NCBI GenBank assembly: GCA_008632985.1
Contig: QPGO01000083.1
Span: forward strand, 223,075-287,074
Origin: Psammoneis japonica
Taxonomy: Eukaryota
Direction: 5' to 3'
DNA: 64,000 nucleotides
Of this stretch, positions 1 through 12,200 are shown piece after piece (within the stretch, counting starts at the first letter, position 1; each line of letters begins with the position of its first letter). The translations under genes and the position numbers were made by a program. The notes under the pieces are model-generated. The model made no database searches. It was not told the DNA's origin and was given only the letters and a program-made list of their open reading frames with translations.

Positions 1-879
1 TGCGCAGAAATCTGCGCGCAATCAGTGGGCAGCATGTTTCTGCGCAATGTCTCTCGTAACTTCCGACCCAACTCCCTGAATGAAGGGAGAAAGAGTTCAG
101 ATGCAATGCTCAGGTCTGCTCTCTAGCTGCCAGAGAGCAGGCATGTAGACCTCGGTGTCAAGAGGGCGCGGTCCAGAGATCGCCTGGTGCACTTTTTGTG
201 CAGAAACTGCACAAGAGCCAAGCACGTGCATTCCCACACAGATGCAGCACAAAAACACAAAGCGGCGCTCCATCACGACTCCTCGCGACACACCACCTGA
301 CAACAATCCATCAAAATGGCGCCATCCACATCTTTCTGCAGCTCCTCTTTCACTTGCCCCGATTTCTCCAAAAGGGCCCAGGGGCAGCTCGCACACTTGT
401 GTCATGACAGAACAGTGCAAACACAAGTTGTTTTTTCATTCCAAAATCTCAGAATGGTGCAGTGCAACAGGGGTTGTCAAAGCAAACTCGCATGTTGGCT
501 GCATCAGCCAAATCAACACCTTGTTTGCTGTTCACTCTGGAGCAACAACAGAGATGCAGCACCCTGACAAAATGCGCTCTGCACTCGACAAATTGCGAAG
601 CTCAAAATTCTTGTTGGAAGACACTCTGGATCTGCTTTAGAGACTTGACACAATGACTCATTTGTCCTGTCATTCACCCTCTTAATTTGTTGCATTGGCC
701 AACAACTGGGGTGAGTGAGTCACATTTTCCAGGTCACAAACTGCAGCACAGCCAAAAGAAGCAATCTGTGCCTTTGGAACCATCATGATGCACTGGTCTG
801 CCAAACAAAACTCCGCATCACCACCCAAAGATGGGGGGAGAACTCTTGTCAAAAGTGTGCAATGATGTGTTTGATCTGT

Positions 880-1390
880 TGAGAGCTTGCCCAGCTTAAG
901 ACATCACAGCTCCAAGTTGCCACATTTGTTGTGAACTCTTCCTGATGCTGTGTCTGTGGCTTGGCTTCGTTGTTGAATTGCCGTGGCCATCGCACTTCAG
1001 AAATGACACTTGACAAGAAAAAGTGTCTCTGGGACACCTCACGACAACGGAGACCCTGCAGAACAAAAGAACAATGCAGAAAGAGAAAACACATGCAAGT
1101 TGGATGGTNNNNNNNNNNNNNNNNNNNNNNNNNNNNNNNNNNNNNNNNNNNNNNNNNNNNNNNNNNNNNNNNNNNNNNNNNNNNNNNNNNNNNNNNNNNN
1201 NNNNNNNNNNNNNNNNNNNNNNNNNNNNNNNNNNNNNNNNNNNNNNNNNNNNNNNNNNNNNNNNNNNNNNNNNNNNNNNNNNNNNNNNNNNNNNNNNNNN
1301 NNNNNNNNNNNNNNNNNNNNNNNNNNNNNNNNNNNNNNNNNNNNNNNNNNNNNNNNNNNNNNNNNNNNNNNNNNNNNNNNNNNNNNNNNN

Positions 1391-1425
<35 letters not shown>

Positions 1426-1808
1426 GCCTCAATGAAACACACAGCATGAGTGCATGAATGTGGCAATGCATGAGGTCGGTTGTGATGCAACAAAAGCAAT
1501 GTTGACAATGCGAACCTCCAGCAAGAATTTTCACCATCAGCTGCCCACATGAACCTGTGCGCTCTCAAGCTTGTCACACACCTTGTGCTGTGGCGTGCGA
1601 TGTTCCGTTGAGAGTGCACTGCAAAGTGCCTCAGAAACAACCACATTTTTGAAATCGGCAAAACGCCATTGTTCGTGTCATTTTGCGTGTTGTTTTGCGT
1701 TGAGAGCCAGAAAACACTCCCAAAATCTGTTCTGCAGGAAAAATGCACTGAACCCTCACAGATTTGGGTTGCACCAGGCCACGTGGAAAATGAGCGGGCC
1801 GAGAACTG
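880..1808. repeat. Dispersed repeat (end of a probable transposon); second copy at ~62345-62965; spans an N gap (1109-1390)
   Basis: Co-linear similarity such as CAGCTCCAAGTT.CCACATTT, CACCATCAGCTGCCCA..TGAACCTGTG, ACCACATTTTTGAAATCGG and CCAGGCCACGT.GAAAATGA.CGGGC.GAGAACT at both loci. Confidence 0.8.
1391..1422. repeat. (CA)n microsatellite next to the assembly gap
   Basis: acacac... run directly after the N run. Confidence 0.9.
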
Positions 1809-2246
1809 TGGCGCACCCACTCAAATTTTATGCACATGAAGCTCACCAGTGTCTGAGCATTTTCTTTCTTCCGAATGCTGGGGAGTGGATGACAGTGACA
1901 TGTCTCGCTCAGAATCTTTTGTCATCACAAGAAAACCAGATCTGTGTTTAAAGTGCTGTCACTCCATTGCCAGCCAGGCCGGCACCGGCCGCCAACCCAC
2001 ACTTCCAGCACACCGTCAAGTGCGGCAGAAGCTGACTCTAGGATCAGCCGGAGTGGGCATCACCGTGAGATGATGCCCCTCCGAAACAGCTGGCAACTGA
2101 GCAAGTGCCGTGAAGCACGTCATGCTTTGCCTTCTTGAGGCTGTCTTTCAGGTGTGGTTTGTCCATGGCAACCCAATTCATGATCCATGAAGTGGAGTGG
2201 GACATGTGATTGTTGACTGAATCTGAGAGCACTTCTCTGTCCTCAG

Positions 2247-2491
2247 TGACAGAAAATGAAGATGACTGGGTGGAAGAAAACAACAACTCCTTGCTGCTGT
2301 CTAAATGGCAGATGAGTGTCCATGCAGAGACCATTGCAGGAGCCGAAAGACTGGTGTCGTGATGTCGGCACTGCTGTTGTTGTTCTTGTGAGCCAAGTGG
2401 CTCAAAAGCAAACTGCATTGCGCGACGCACACGGAACTGAGAGCACACATGATCATGTGTGACAAACTAAAATCTTGCTCAAATCCTGTCA
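2247..2491 (-). repeat. 3' LTR of copia element A
   Basis: Direct repeat of 6556-6800, TG...CA termini. Confidence 0.92.
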
Positions 2492-5400
2492 CTCCCCAGT
2501 TTGCTTGAGGGGTCAACAGCGACAGATTCGAAGTCGGATTGGTTGAAAGCCTCAGGATCGAAGTTCCAAAACATTAGAGGATGAAGGAGGTTCCAGATTT
2601 GGGAGCAGCCCCAATGCTTGCTGAGGATGTCAGCCGGGTTGCGGGAGCCTTCGACAAAATGAAGCTCAAGGAAACCGGAGGCAATCGCCTCACTCACATG
2701 ATGGAACAAGAGGGCGGTGTGTCGCTTGTGTAACTTGGAGTGCAGGATGGCAGCACCGTCCACAACCGACTTGTTGTTTTCCAGGAAGATCATCATTTGC
2801 AGGGCACGGAGAGACACTGCTCCAGAACAGACACTGTCGACGGGCACGTCTGTGAGGTGTCCATCGGCAACAAGCCTTGCTTTGTGCTGTCCGTCATGTT
2901 TGACGTCACAGACGAGATGCACCCGGATCTTCTTGTGTCCTGATGGAGCACTGGAATCGTTGTGGTGTCCGCAGTCATGGAAGACCTCGCACTCATCAAG
3001 CTGAGTCATCTCGAGGTCCGTTGCATCTCCCCACTTGCGGTTGCCGTTGTGCTCATCAAGGGCCATGGCATGCCTGTGGTCCCATGGCACTTCATGCCCA
3101 CACTTGCATCATGGCGCAGTGTGAAAGGAGCACAACTTGGCTTGGTTGGCCATGCGGAACAGCTTCTTCTGATGAAGGGCCATCTTGCAAAAGCGTCTCC
3201 ATCCTTCGGTTTCTAGAAGGCCGTGCTCACACGCGTAGATGGCACAGGTGATGGGTTCGTCCTTGGCAATGATGGCAAGGGGTTCGGACGTGATCTCCCT
3301 GTTCTCCCATTCAAGCATGACGTTGCAGCTTGAGCCTTTCCAAGAGGGATCATGGGGTCGCAATGGTCCTTCATGTGGTGCAATGTGTCGGAACTTCCAG
3401 AGGGTGGTGTCCTTGTCTTCTTGCTCAATGTGGTGCATGATGTCATTGCAGGCCAGGACTTCCTCACATTCGTCATTGTTGACAGAGCAAATGAACTTGA
3501 CCAGTTCAGGATTGTCTCCGATTTTCCAGTCATGGTCCTCAATGACTTTGACGATGCGGGCTCTGTGGCGTTGTCCATCCTCTTGTGGCTTCATGAGGAA
3601 GGTGCGTCCCATGACATCCTCAGGGTCAAAGACCGGCACTTTGGGCATCCTGATTGCCTCCCCATCTGGTGAATCTGGTGAATCTGGTGAATCCTCAGAG
3701 TCGTGGCGGGATTTGATGACAGGTTCAGCAGATTTCTTGTCAGGAGGATCAAGACGCAGGTTTGGAGCAGACGGATCATGGGCGGAGCGCATGTTGGAAC
3801 AGCAGAGAATCTTCTGAGTGTCGTCAGAAAGAATCTTGAACGTCATTTGGTGACCAACGTGCTCAGCGATGTGTGGGAGGCCGGCTTTGATGTCGATGGG
3901 AATGACGCATCCATCAACAGTGGTGATGCGCTGCAGACCGTCGGGGACCTTGATGGACCGATCGTTGACATCGTGTTTGCACCACTCAAGCTGGCCGCAA
4001 GAGTGTGTCGTCTTCCCCTTTCCAGTGTGGGTGCACTGGTGAAGGATGGCAATGGCAGGGCTGCGTTGTGTGTGGATGACACCACCGGCAGCGACAATGG
4101 GAATGTCTGCCAGTTGATGATCATCGACACCTTGGACATCAATGTCATTGGGCTTTGCGTCGGAGCAGACGGAAGGTGCAGATCTGGGTGGTTTCCCGCC
4201 AGAACGGGCGGAAGGAGGCCGTTCAGGTGCCAGGAGAAGTTGCAAGTCGCCGGGTGGCAGGGGCTTGCGCCTGGTGAGATGAGCCAGAATGGGGTTAGCA
4301 TCGGCTGCATCAGCTGCAGCGTCAGATTGTGCGAAGGCTGATGCAAGATCGCGAGTGTTGGCGGACAAGTTGACATCGCCATTGCTGCCAATGCGGAGGT
4401 CGTGCAGGTTGACCGCCGTCAAGTCATGGCAGTTGCCGGTGTGGGCGGTGCACGAGCCAAGAATGATGGCCTTGGTGGACTGGGGCAAGGTGTCCCAAAT
4501 GCGCTGATGGTCCGGCGGAATGCGACGCCATTGTTCCTTGGTGAGGGAATTGCCACGAGTTTGTGCAGCACAAGCTTGGATGATGTCAACATCGCTGTCG
4601 ATGTCGAAGAACACATCGTCATCAGGGTCGTCAGGGACCAGGTCATGTTCGTAGATGGCACGGCGCGGAGCGCGAGGAGCCGTCTTGGGGGCGAACGTGC
4701 TGTCGCACTGTGCTGCAGCAGAAAGCAGGAGTCCACAGTGCTCTTCGTAAGAGAGCCCCTTTTCATTCTGTGTGTGGAACTGATCGGCCTGATTCTTCAC
4801 CGAACGGAGTTCTTTGACAGGATGAACGGCATTCTCAAGCATGACACGTTTCTGGCCAGCAGAGAAATGGTCTGCACCCAGGACAAGAGCTTCACACTTG
4901 CAAAGCTGGTCCTGCCAGTGAAGTGTGGAGGCATGGGTGGATCCGTTCCAGGTGCCATCACCAAGGCGAGCAGTGGCGAGGTACGTGAGAAGGGTCGAGG
5001 ACTCCAGGGTTGCGCGAGTGGAAGCAAGGGTGTGCTTGGAGAGGTCACGATGCACCGCTTGAGCATCAGAGGAGCCAACATGTTGATGAACAATTGCCCT
5101 GCCTTTGTCATTCTGCAAGATCCACTCGAGTGTGGCGAACATGTGCTTCTGTTGTTCATCAAACAGGGCCTTGTCCTCAGCTGTAGAAGGCTTGTACGTC
5201 AGATCGAGAATGCGTGTGACATCTTGGGAGCGGGCCTGTGCGATGATGGAGGTGTGCCACGTGTGCCACTGTTTGTCAGATTTGAGAAGTGCGAAGGCAA
5301 GTGGGTCATGTTTGATGCCTCGTTTAAAGTCACGCATGGGATCACGTGGTTTGGGTGGCAACGAGCCAGGAGTGGGAGCAGATGGTGCTGCACCCATGGA

Positions 5401-5745
5401 GAGGGACGCTGCATGCTCAGGACCAAGACGATGGTTGGTGAGCTCCTCTTGTGTGAACAATTGAGGGTCATTGCTGACATCCACACCGCCCCAAGCTTTT
5501 GCCATGTGCAGGCTAATCAGCGCAGCTGTCTGTGCTTTGTAACCGCGTGGCAAGGGCATTTGATTGGCGCCATCGTTGCACACAAGGGCACCCAATTGCA
5601 TTGGAGTAAAAGTGAAAAGGTCCTGATGTGAATCGGTTCCATCAATGTTGAGAGCAGAGCGCAATGGACTGTCTGCAGCTTGATTCAGAACAGTGCCTAG
5701 AATGTGTTCGAGGCCATCGATTTGTTGTTGCCTGGTGAGAACCAT
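2479..5745 (-). pseudogene. gag-pol remnant of copia element A (integrase core and most of RT missing)
   Basis: DFKRGIKHD gag motif, DVNDRSIKV, IRVHLVCDVKHDG, KLHKRHTAL, NPADILSKHWG; abrupt junctions LPHI|AEHVGH and MMIFL|ENNKSVV. Confidence 0.85.
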
Positions 5746-6555
5746 GTTGCAACTGGGTGGATGTCAGAACTGGCTGGAGTCGGAGGGTGAGCTTGAAATG
5801 ACTTGAAACTTGACTTGAATCTTGACTTGATGTCTTGAACTGTCTCAAGAGTCAGAAGCCGCTGGGCTGTGACATCCTGTTTGCAGCCAAGTGCTGAGCT
5901 TCCTGTCCGGTCTGTAGAGTTGTGCCGGCACGTCTGAACCCACAGCTGGCGACGCTTTGGGTTGCTTGAGAGCGGAGTGACGGGTTAAAAACCCCTGCTG
6001 ACAAGCCAGCCAGAGGTGGACAAGACCTCCAAACCGTTCTTGTTTTATGTGGGTTGGATGACCCGATCAGGCCGGCCAAATTTGGCACTGTGGAGGGACG
6101 AACAAATGTGGGAAATGCACCCTCGCCCCAATGCAGGCTGTGATCATGAACTGCTTCCTCTCACAGTTGTCCTCGTGGACCTTGCAGGACTGTGGAAGAC
6201 CAGCAATCCGGTGTAGATACAAAGCGGTAGACTTGGCGTGCGTGGAGCAGAGCCAGAGTCAGGGGTTTGCATCGTGTGCGCATGGATGCGAGCGGATGGA
6301 TTGGCAGGATCCGCTGTGAGGAATCCGGAATCTCGGATGTCTGAGAATTTGGGAATTCCTGGCCAAAGAAACATCTTGAACAAACACATCCAACGATGGG
6401 AGGCATTGGATGAATCCAAACGTGTGGATTCAATGCAGTGTCCAGCAGTGAAGAAGGTGGACATGCACTTCCACCACAAACGGTGCGTGTCGTCGAAAAT
6501 TTCTCGATGACAATGATGAACGCTCAATGGATGACAAAGAGCAAGACTGTTTGTC

Positions 6556-6800
6556 TGACAGAAAATGAAGATGACTGGGCGGAAGAAAACAACAACTCCT
6601 TGCTGCTGTCTAAACAGCAGATGAGTCTCCGTGCAGAGACCGTCACAGGAGCCGAAAGACTGGTGTCATGACATTGGTGCTGCTGTCATTGTTCTTGTGA
6701 GCCGAGTGGCTCGAAAGCAAACTGCATCACGCGACGCGCACGGAACTAAGAGCACTCACAATTGTGTGTGACAAACTAAAATCTTGTTCAAATCCTGTCA
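6556..6800 (-). repeat. 5' LTR of copia element A
   Basis: Direct repeat of 2247-2491. Confidence 0.92.
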
Positions 6801-7564
6801 CTCAGCAAGACATTCCTGTCATTTGTTGTGTGCAGCCACAAGTTTGCCTTCCGCCTGTTGGCATTGAGATGATTTCCTTGTCTCTGCATCATGGTCATGA
6901 ACCTCCTGATTGTGTTCTTCCCAAAGTTCCCACCAGAGCTTCCAAACAAAAGTTCCCATCTGCACTCCCCAAACCGGAGGCGGGCGATTCTCCCTGCGAC
7001 ACTTTTTCAAAAGGCAGGCCCATTTTAAGAAGGTGCATCTCTCCTGAAAAACATTCCAAACCCTTTGACATCACAACGGCAATCTTTTGCACTGTAGAGT
7101 CATTGCGCAAAACTTGTGTGGAACAGCACCAAGACAAGTGATGGAAAGTCTGTCTGTCTGTCCTTGGCGAATTTTGACTTTGCAAAAAATGGACTTGACT
7201 CTTTTCTGACAAGGCGCGTTTTTTTTCAATGCAATCTGCAGGCATTCTCAGCTGTTTTAGATGCATTCCAGGCCCAGGTGGGAGCTCCATGTTGCAGCAC
7301 TGACATGTGACACAATTGTTTTTTTGTCATCCGTTGCGTGTTTCACGCGCACATTTCTGCATGTGATGTGTTTTGCGAAACCCCAGACGTTTTATTTGAC
7401 AAAATTGTGGGAACACAAATGCACCAGGTGCATTCTTAAATGTCTGAAGAATGCACCTGGCCAAGCAGAAAATGATGTGTTTCAATCACAGACGAGTTTG
7501 TGCATTTGCAAAATTGCCTCATTTTCTGTTGGAGATCATTGACATGTTAATCACCTGACAATTT

Positions 7565-7640
7565 TGCTGCGGAGCTCACACGTAGAATTCTGCGGGCCCA
7601 ATGTCACACTGATCCCCACCCATGTCTGGAACGCATCTTT
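7565..7640 (+). repeat. Repeat terminus shared with 28612-28686
   Basis: TGCTGCGGAGCTCACACGTAGAATTCTGCGGGCCCAATGTCACAC vs TACTACGGAGCTCGCACGTAGAATTCTACGGGCCCAATGTCACAC. Confidence 0.8.
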
Positions 7641-8039
7641 ACATGCTTTGCGTCATGGGTCATTTTTGAAGGATTCCCATTGAGACATTCAGTTTGTTGA
7701 GTTTGAGGGTGCATTCAGTCGTGAAAGTCCCCCGGAGCAACCTCCATTCGAAAGCAAAAGTGGAGCACTGTTTTCTGACCATCTTTTTATGCACTTGATT
7801 GTTGAACAATTGTGAGTTCATCCAGAGGACTTTCTTTGCACATGCATGTTCTTAACAGTGCAATTGATTGTGTGTCAAGTGCCTTTGCAAAGTTGTCCTC
7901 TTTGTTTCAGCATCTGAAAATTGTCGTTGTCATTGTTGTTGGTGTCGAACAGCAATTTGTTGTGCAAATCACAATCAATTGCATGGCCGTCATCTCTCCA
8001 ACATTGCACTTCTGCATGCAACTTGTGCACACACCTTAA

Positions 8040-8245
8040 CAGCAAGAATCATGGTGGCAGTCTGTCTGTGTGGCGCAGTGATTTCTGCACATGTTTTGCA
8101 CTTTTGTCCATCTGCACCACCTCCAGCCCAAACCTGACCAACCTGATTCCAGTTGGATCAGGCTGGCGGTGGCAGGGATGGACAAAAGCTCAAAACATGC
8201 ATGGAAATCACCGTGCAGACAGACTGCCACTGTGATTCTTGCTGC
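8040..8245. repeat. Long inverted repeat or foldback (~85-bp arms), MITE-like
   Basis: CAGCAAGAATCA..GTGGCAGTCTGTCTG...TTTTGTCCATC...CCAGCC is the reverse complement of 8161-8245. Confidence 0.8.
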
Positions 8246-8629
8246 AAGCAAGTGGCAACACTCAGGCAGTGCCACAGAGCTTCTGCCTTTTGTCTGCTGC
8301 AAAAGGTGACAAAAATGGGAGCGGATGCACTCTGGTGCATGTGTTTGTCAAGTTGCACATGTGGGCAACATGCTGGTTTCTGCAGACTCCCCCCACAAGA
8401 TGAAACAGGGTTTGGTGGATGGCGCGATTTTCACCAGCACATTTTCTATGAGCTCTGCATGTGAATGCAAGTTTGTCAAAATGCACAGTTTTGTGCATTG
8501 GGGTTTGCTGCTGGAGTCAATCCCAAAATGAGACCCGGCACAAATGACATGTTCCAGCCACACGTGAACCAAAACATGCACAAAAACAACATTTGCATGG
8601 TTTTTGTGCAGTCTCTGACTTGCAAACAA

Positions 8630-9113
8630 GCTTTCACCACCAAAAGCCCAGATTCACACAAATGCAAATGTTTTGCAACACTGACAAGACTCGTGTCAGT
8701 GCTGCAATGTCATTGTTTTTGTGCAATCAATGTTTTTTCATTGCAACAAACGAGTTGCAACGCAACGGATGATTTTCGCCAAAATTTTTAAAGATTCATG
8801 TGCTGTTGCTGTTCAAGGCCAACACAAAATGTTTGTGCATGCATTGTGCAGTGTCAATCTGCTTGCACAAAAGTTTTTGCATTGCAAGTGCTGATGCACA
8901 GTCAGCATTGCTTCCACAAAAAAGTTTTGCAACATGTGCATCATGAAGGCTTGAACACGGATGAAAAATTGTTTAAATGTTCACACTCTCATCAAACATA
9001 AAATCCAGAATGCATGAGTGTTTTAATGAACAGCCTCAATGCACAAAGCTCACACAAATTATGTTCAAAATGGATTGTCATTTTGTGCATCACCTGGGAC
9101 TGGAACACGTCAA
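8630..9113. repeat. Dispersed repeat; second copy at ~54230-54690
   Basis: AGCTTTCACCACCAAAAGC...GATTCACACAAATGCAAATGTTTTGCAACACTGACAAGACT...GGAACACGTCAA at both loci. Confidence 0.85.
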
Positions 9114-9114
9114 A

Positions 9115-9235
9115 TTAAGGCTGGTCGGTTGCTGCTTTTTTTAAACCAAATTTGGCCAAACAGCTTGTGTTGTGCATGATTTTTCCTGAATTTCACTTCA
9201 CCATGGATGGAGGTGGTCCATCCACCAACTCTCAT
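9115..9235 (+). mobile_element. Probable DNA-transposon end (TTAAGGCTGGTCGGTTGC...); related copy inverted at ~55125-55285
   Basis: Reverse-complement match to GCAACCGACCGGCCTTAA and GAAATTCAGG...AATCATGCA. Confidence 0.5.
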
Positions 9236-9239
9236 TTGT

Positions 9240-12200
9240 TTCATGTTTGTCATGTGTCAAAGATTGTTTGTGCATTAAAGTTGGCAGATGGCAAACTGCA
9301 TTTGTGAGAAATGTCAATGATTTTCATCATCATCTTGTTTCAATCGCAGTGCTGATGGTTCTCGTTTTCATGTGTGATCAGATGTGACTGTGAACAATTC
9401 TTCTTGCATTCAAAAACAAACACTGCAAAAACCCTTGTTCAAGTGCACCGGCAATTTTAAAACAAATGCGGGGATGACCCCCCTTAAGACCAGAGTGGCA
9501 CCTGGTGCAAAAATGCACAGAACCTTCTGTTGGTCAAAAAAAAATTGAGAGGCATTGCGCTCAAAACAGCACAACAGACAAGAGCATTCGATTGCCACCC
9601 TTTTTGCCCCCAGAAAAATCCTTGGCCCTTGCGGGGCATGTCTGATCTCCAGCACTGAAATCACACACATTTCTGCATGGGTCTTAAATCATCACCTGCC
9701 CATCAGCCTTGGCTCATTGGACATTTTTGTTTGCATGCTGAAACTCATGAACTGCACAGATTTGAAATGAAGGCAAGGATTTTTTTGTGACAAGTTCAAT
9801 GAGTTCTTTCACATCCAGGCATGAAGTCATGAAATGTGTGGACACTGCAGCATCTGCATGGATGGAGATCTCAGGCGGGTCTTGTGTTTTCAATGCTGAC
9901 AAAAAAACACACACACATTTGATGGCCCAAACAGGTGACCGCCGAAGTGCCTCTCAAAAGCAACCCAGATTGTGCAATCCACAGATGCACACTGTCAATC
10001 AACATGAGTTTGCTGTCAAGTGAACAGAGCTTGCTGTCCAATGAACAGAGTCACTGTGCATGAAATGGAACACTCCATCCACGTCACATTGTCTGCACGG
10101 GTTTGTGTGCATTCAGTCATGTCTGGCGCAAAAAAGTGGATGCCCACCAAAGTGCACTCTTTTGCCTTGACAATGTGTTGAGATGATGAGGATCTTGTTG
10201 TTTGCCTCTGCACTTGTGGCCCTCTTTCTTTGCATCCATTTTGAATGGCATCCCACTCAAACAGAGCTCCAATGGCAAAGAAAATCAACAACGCATTGCC
10301 AGAGGATGAGGCTCTCTTTTTTGGACAGAATGGCAACACTTTCTGGTTTCTGGCAACTTTGTTCTGTGCTAGAGGTTGCTGGCTTGCTGTTGGGGACACC
10401 ATCAAAAATGGGTGCAGCCTGCCAAAGGGGCATTGTGAGACAAAACCTGCTGCCTGGTGTGTTCAATTGCACCGTTGGAGCTGGTCGCTGCTTCTGCCAC
10501 CAACAGAGTGCCATGTTAGAAAGAGAGTGAACAAAACAAGATGCTGTTGCAAAGAGCGCATGAGCAAGGCTGTTCCTGAGCTCACGGAGATGCAACTTAG
10601 AGCACCCTGGGCAAAAACAGGGTCATCCTTTTCAGGCTGGACACAGCTGTCACACAGCCATCACCTTCCCGAGTGATGCAGAACATCTTGATCCTGATTT
10701 CTTTTGCTGTGCCTGCCTGGTTGGTCTCTTCCATGATTTCATCCAACTTAAGCTCTCATGGACTGACCTTCATTGCATTTTCAAATCCACCAAACTTGTC
10801 CACTGCAAGTTGCATGGCCAGGCACAGCATGACAAATGAGCTGGGTGGTTGTTCAGGCAGCTTGGCTTTGGGTGATTTGCAGTCCTCCTTCATGTCTTGG
10901 AGGCACAATGAAAGTGTTGTCCAAGAAAAAATAAAGAATGCACCCTTGTTGGGAATGTCTTGCATGAACTTGACAATTTTGGGAGCAAACTTGGGTGGAG
11001 CAAATGCAAGCTTGACCCTGTCACTTGGCAGCTGGACAAGTTGTTTGCAGACGGTGTTGGAGTCACACTCGCAGTGGCATGAAAAGCACATCTCCACCAC
11101 TTGCATTTGAATGAGAGTTTGCAGCTTGCCTTCTGGTCCTTGATGGTCCTCATGAAAGTTGGCAAATGGAAGGTTGAGGGCAAGCGTGTGGTCAACAACC
11201 TTTTGCTCCACAAATTCATGGAGCTCTTTGTTGTCCATTGGAGCTGCTGTGTTGTCATGTCCCTGTCTTTTCACTTGCTCCTGGACTTGAAATGGCATCC
11301 TAAACTTTCCCAAGATGGTGCCAATGATCAAAAAGTGGATTCTTTCAAGAGTGCAAGACACAGAATGCAGTGGCCATGGAGGCTGCCTGTCTTCAGCCGC
11401 AAGAATCCAAGCCAACCATTCACAGAGAAGAATGAAGTGGAGCTTGTTGAGTTTCTCCTTGCATTCTTTGTTGTTGGTGGTTTCTTCCAACAGCTCATCA
11501 AGGTGCATCTGCTGGGTGACAGCCGGGTTGTCATTGTGGAGCATTGTTTGATGGGGGGCTGTCAATCCTCCTCTGAGCAATCAATGGCACAAGCATGCAT
11601 CCAGTCTGCAGCAGTCACTCCATCAAAGGCTGTTCAACAGCAAGTCCACGCTGCTGTTCCTTTGCATGCAGGATGTGGATCTGAGCCAACAAGTGTTGCA
11701 GATGCTGTTCCACCACCACACGCATCTGCAACATCTGCAGGAGCTCCTGGATCAACCACATGTGCAGGACTTGACACTGTTGCAGCAGTGCTCACTGGTG
11801 CTGCCAGACCTCCTGACAATGACACTTCTTTCTGCTTGGAATGCCTTCACATCATCTGTGTTCACTGTCTTTGTTGTTTGCATCAGACTGGTGACATTTG
11901 TGCTACAAGATCTGTCATCTCCATTCACACTGTGTCATGACAATTTAAAGTTGTGTTTAACTCAACAAACTTGACAAAAATGACAAAGGGGCAATGTTGT
12001 GTAATGACCCTAAAAGTTGCCTTGCCACGCATGCAACGAATTTGCCTTCATGTGTGGTGCAACCTTGTGATGTCCCCCCCCCCCATGTGTGACGAAAAAT
12101 GGTGCAGCACAAGGTGAAATCACTCAAAAAATGACCTTCCATGTGGGCACTGTCCTCATGTGTGGTGTCCCACACTGTTTGATGACTTGCAGCTTGAGTC

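Larger units (their letters stand above)
2247..6800 (-). mobile_element. Ty1/copia (CoDi-like) LTR retrotransposon, internally deleted and hypermutated
   Basis: 245-bp LTRs at 2247-2491 and 6556-6800 with TGACAG...CTGTCA ends; TSD CTCAG at 2242-2246 and 6801-6805; GGGGAG PPT next to 2491 on the minus strand; gag-like ORF 3109-5745; RT start KARLVADGH and RNaseH end NPADILSKHW in 2479-3090. Confidence 0.92.

Noticed and set aside
1391..1422. (CA)n as an edited (TA)n tract
   Set aside because: Two-strand editing should give mixed CA/TG; a pure run next to a gap is more simply a normal microsatellite.
849..1820. ORFs spanning the N gap
   Set aside because: Artefacts of unknown bases and the (CA)n run.
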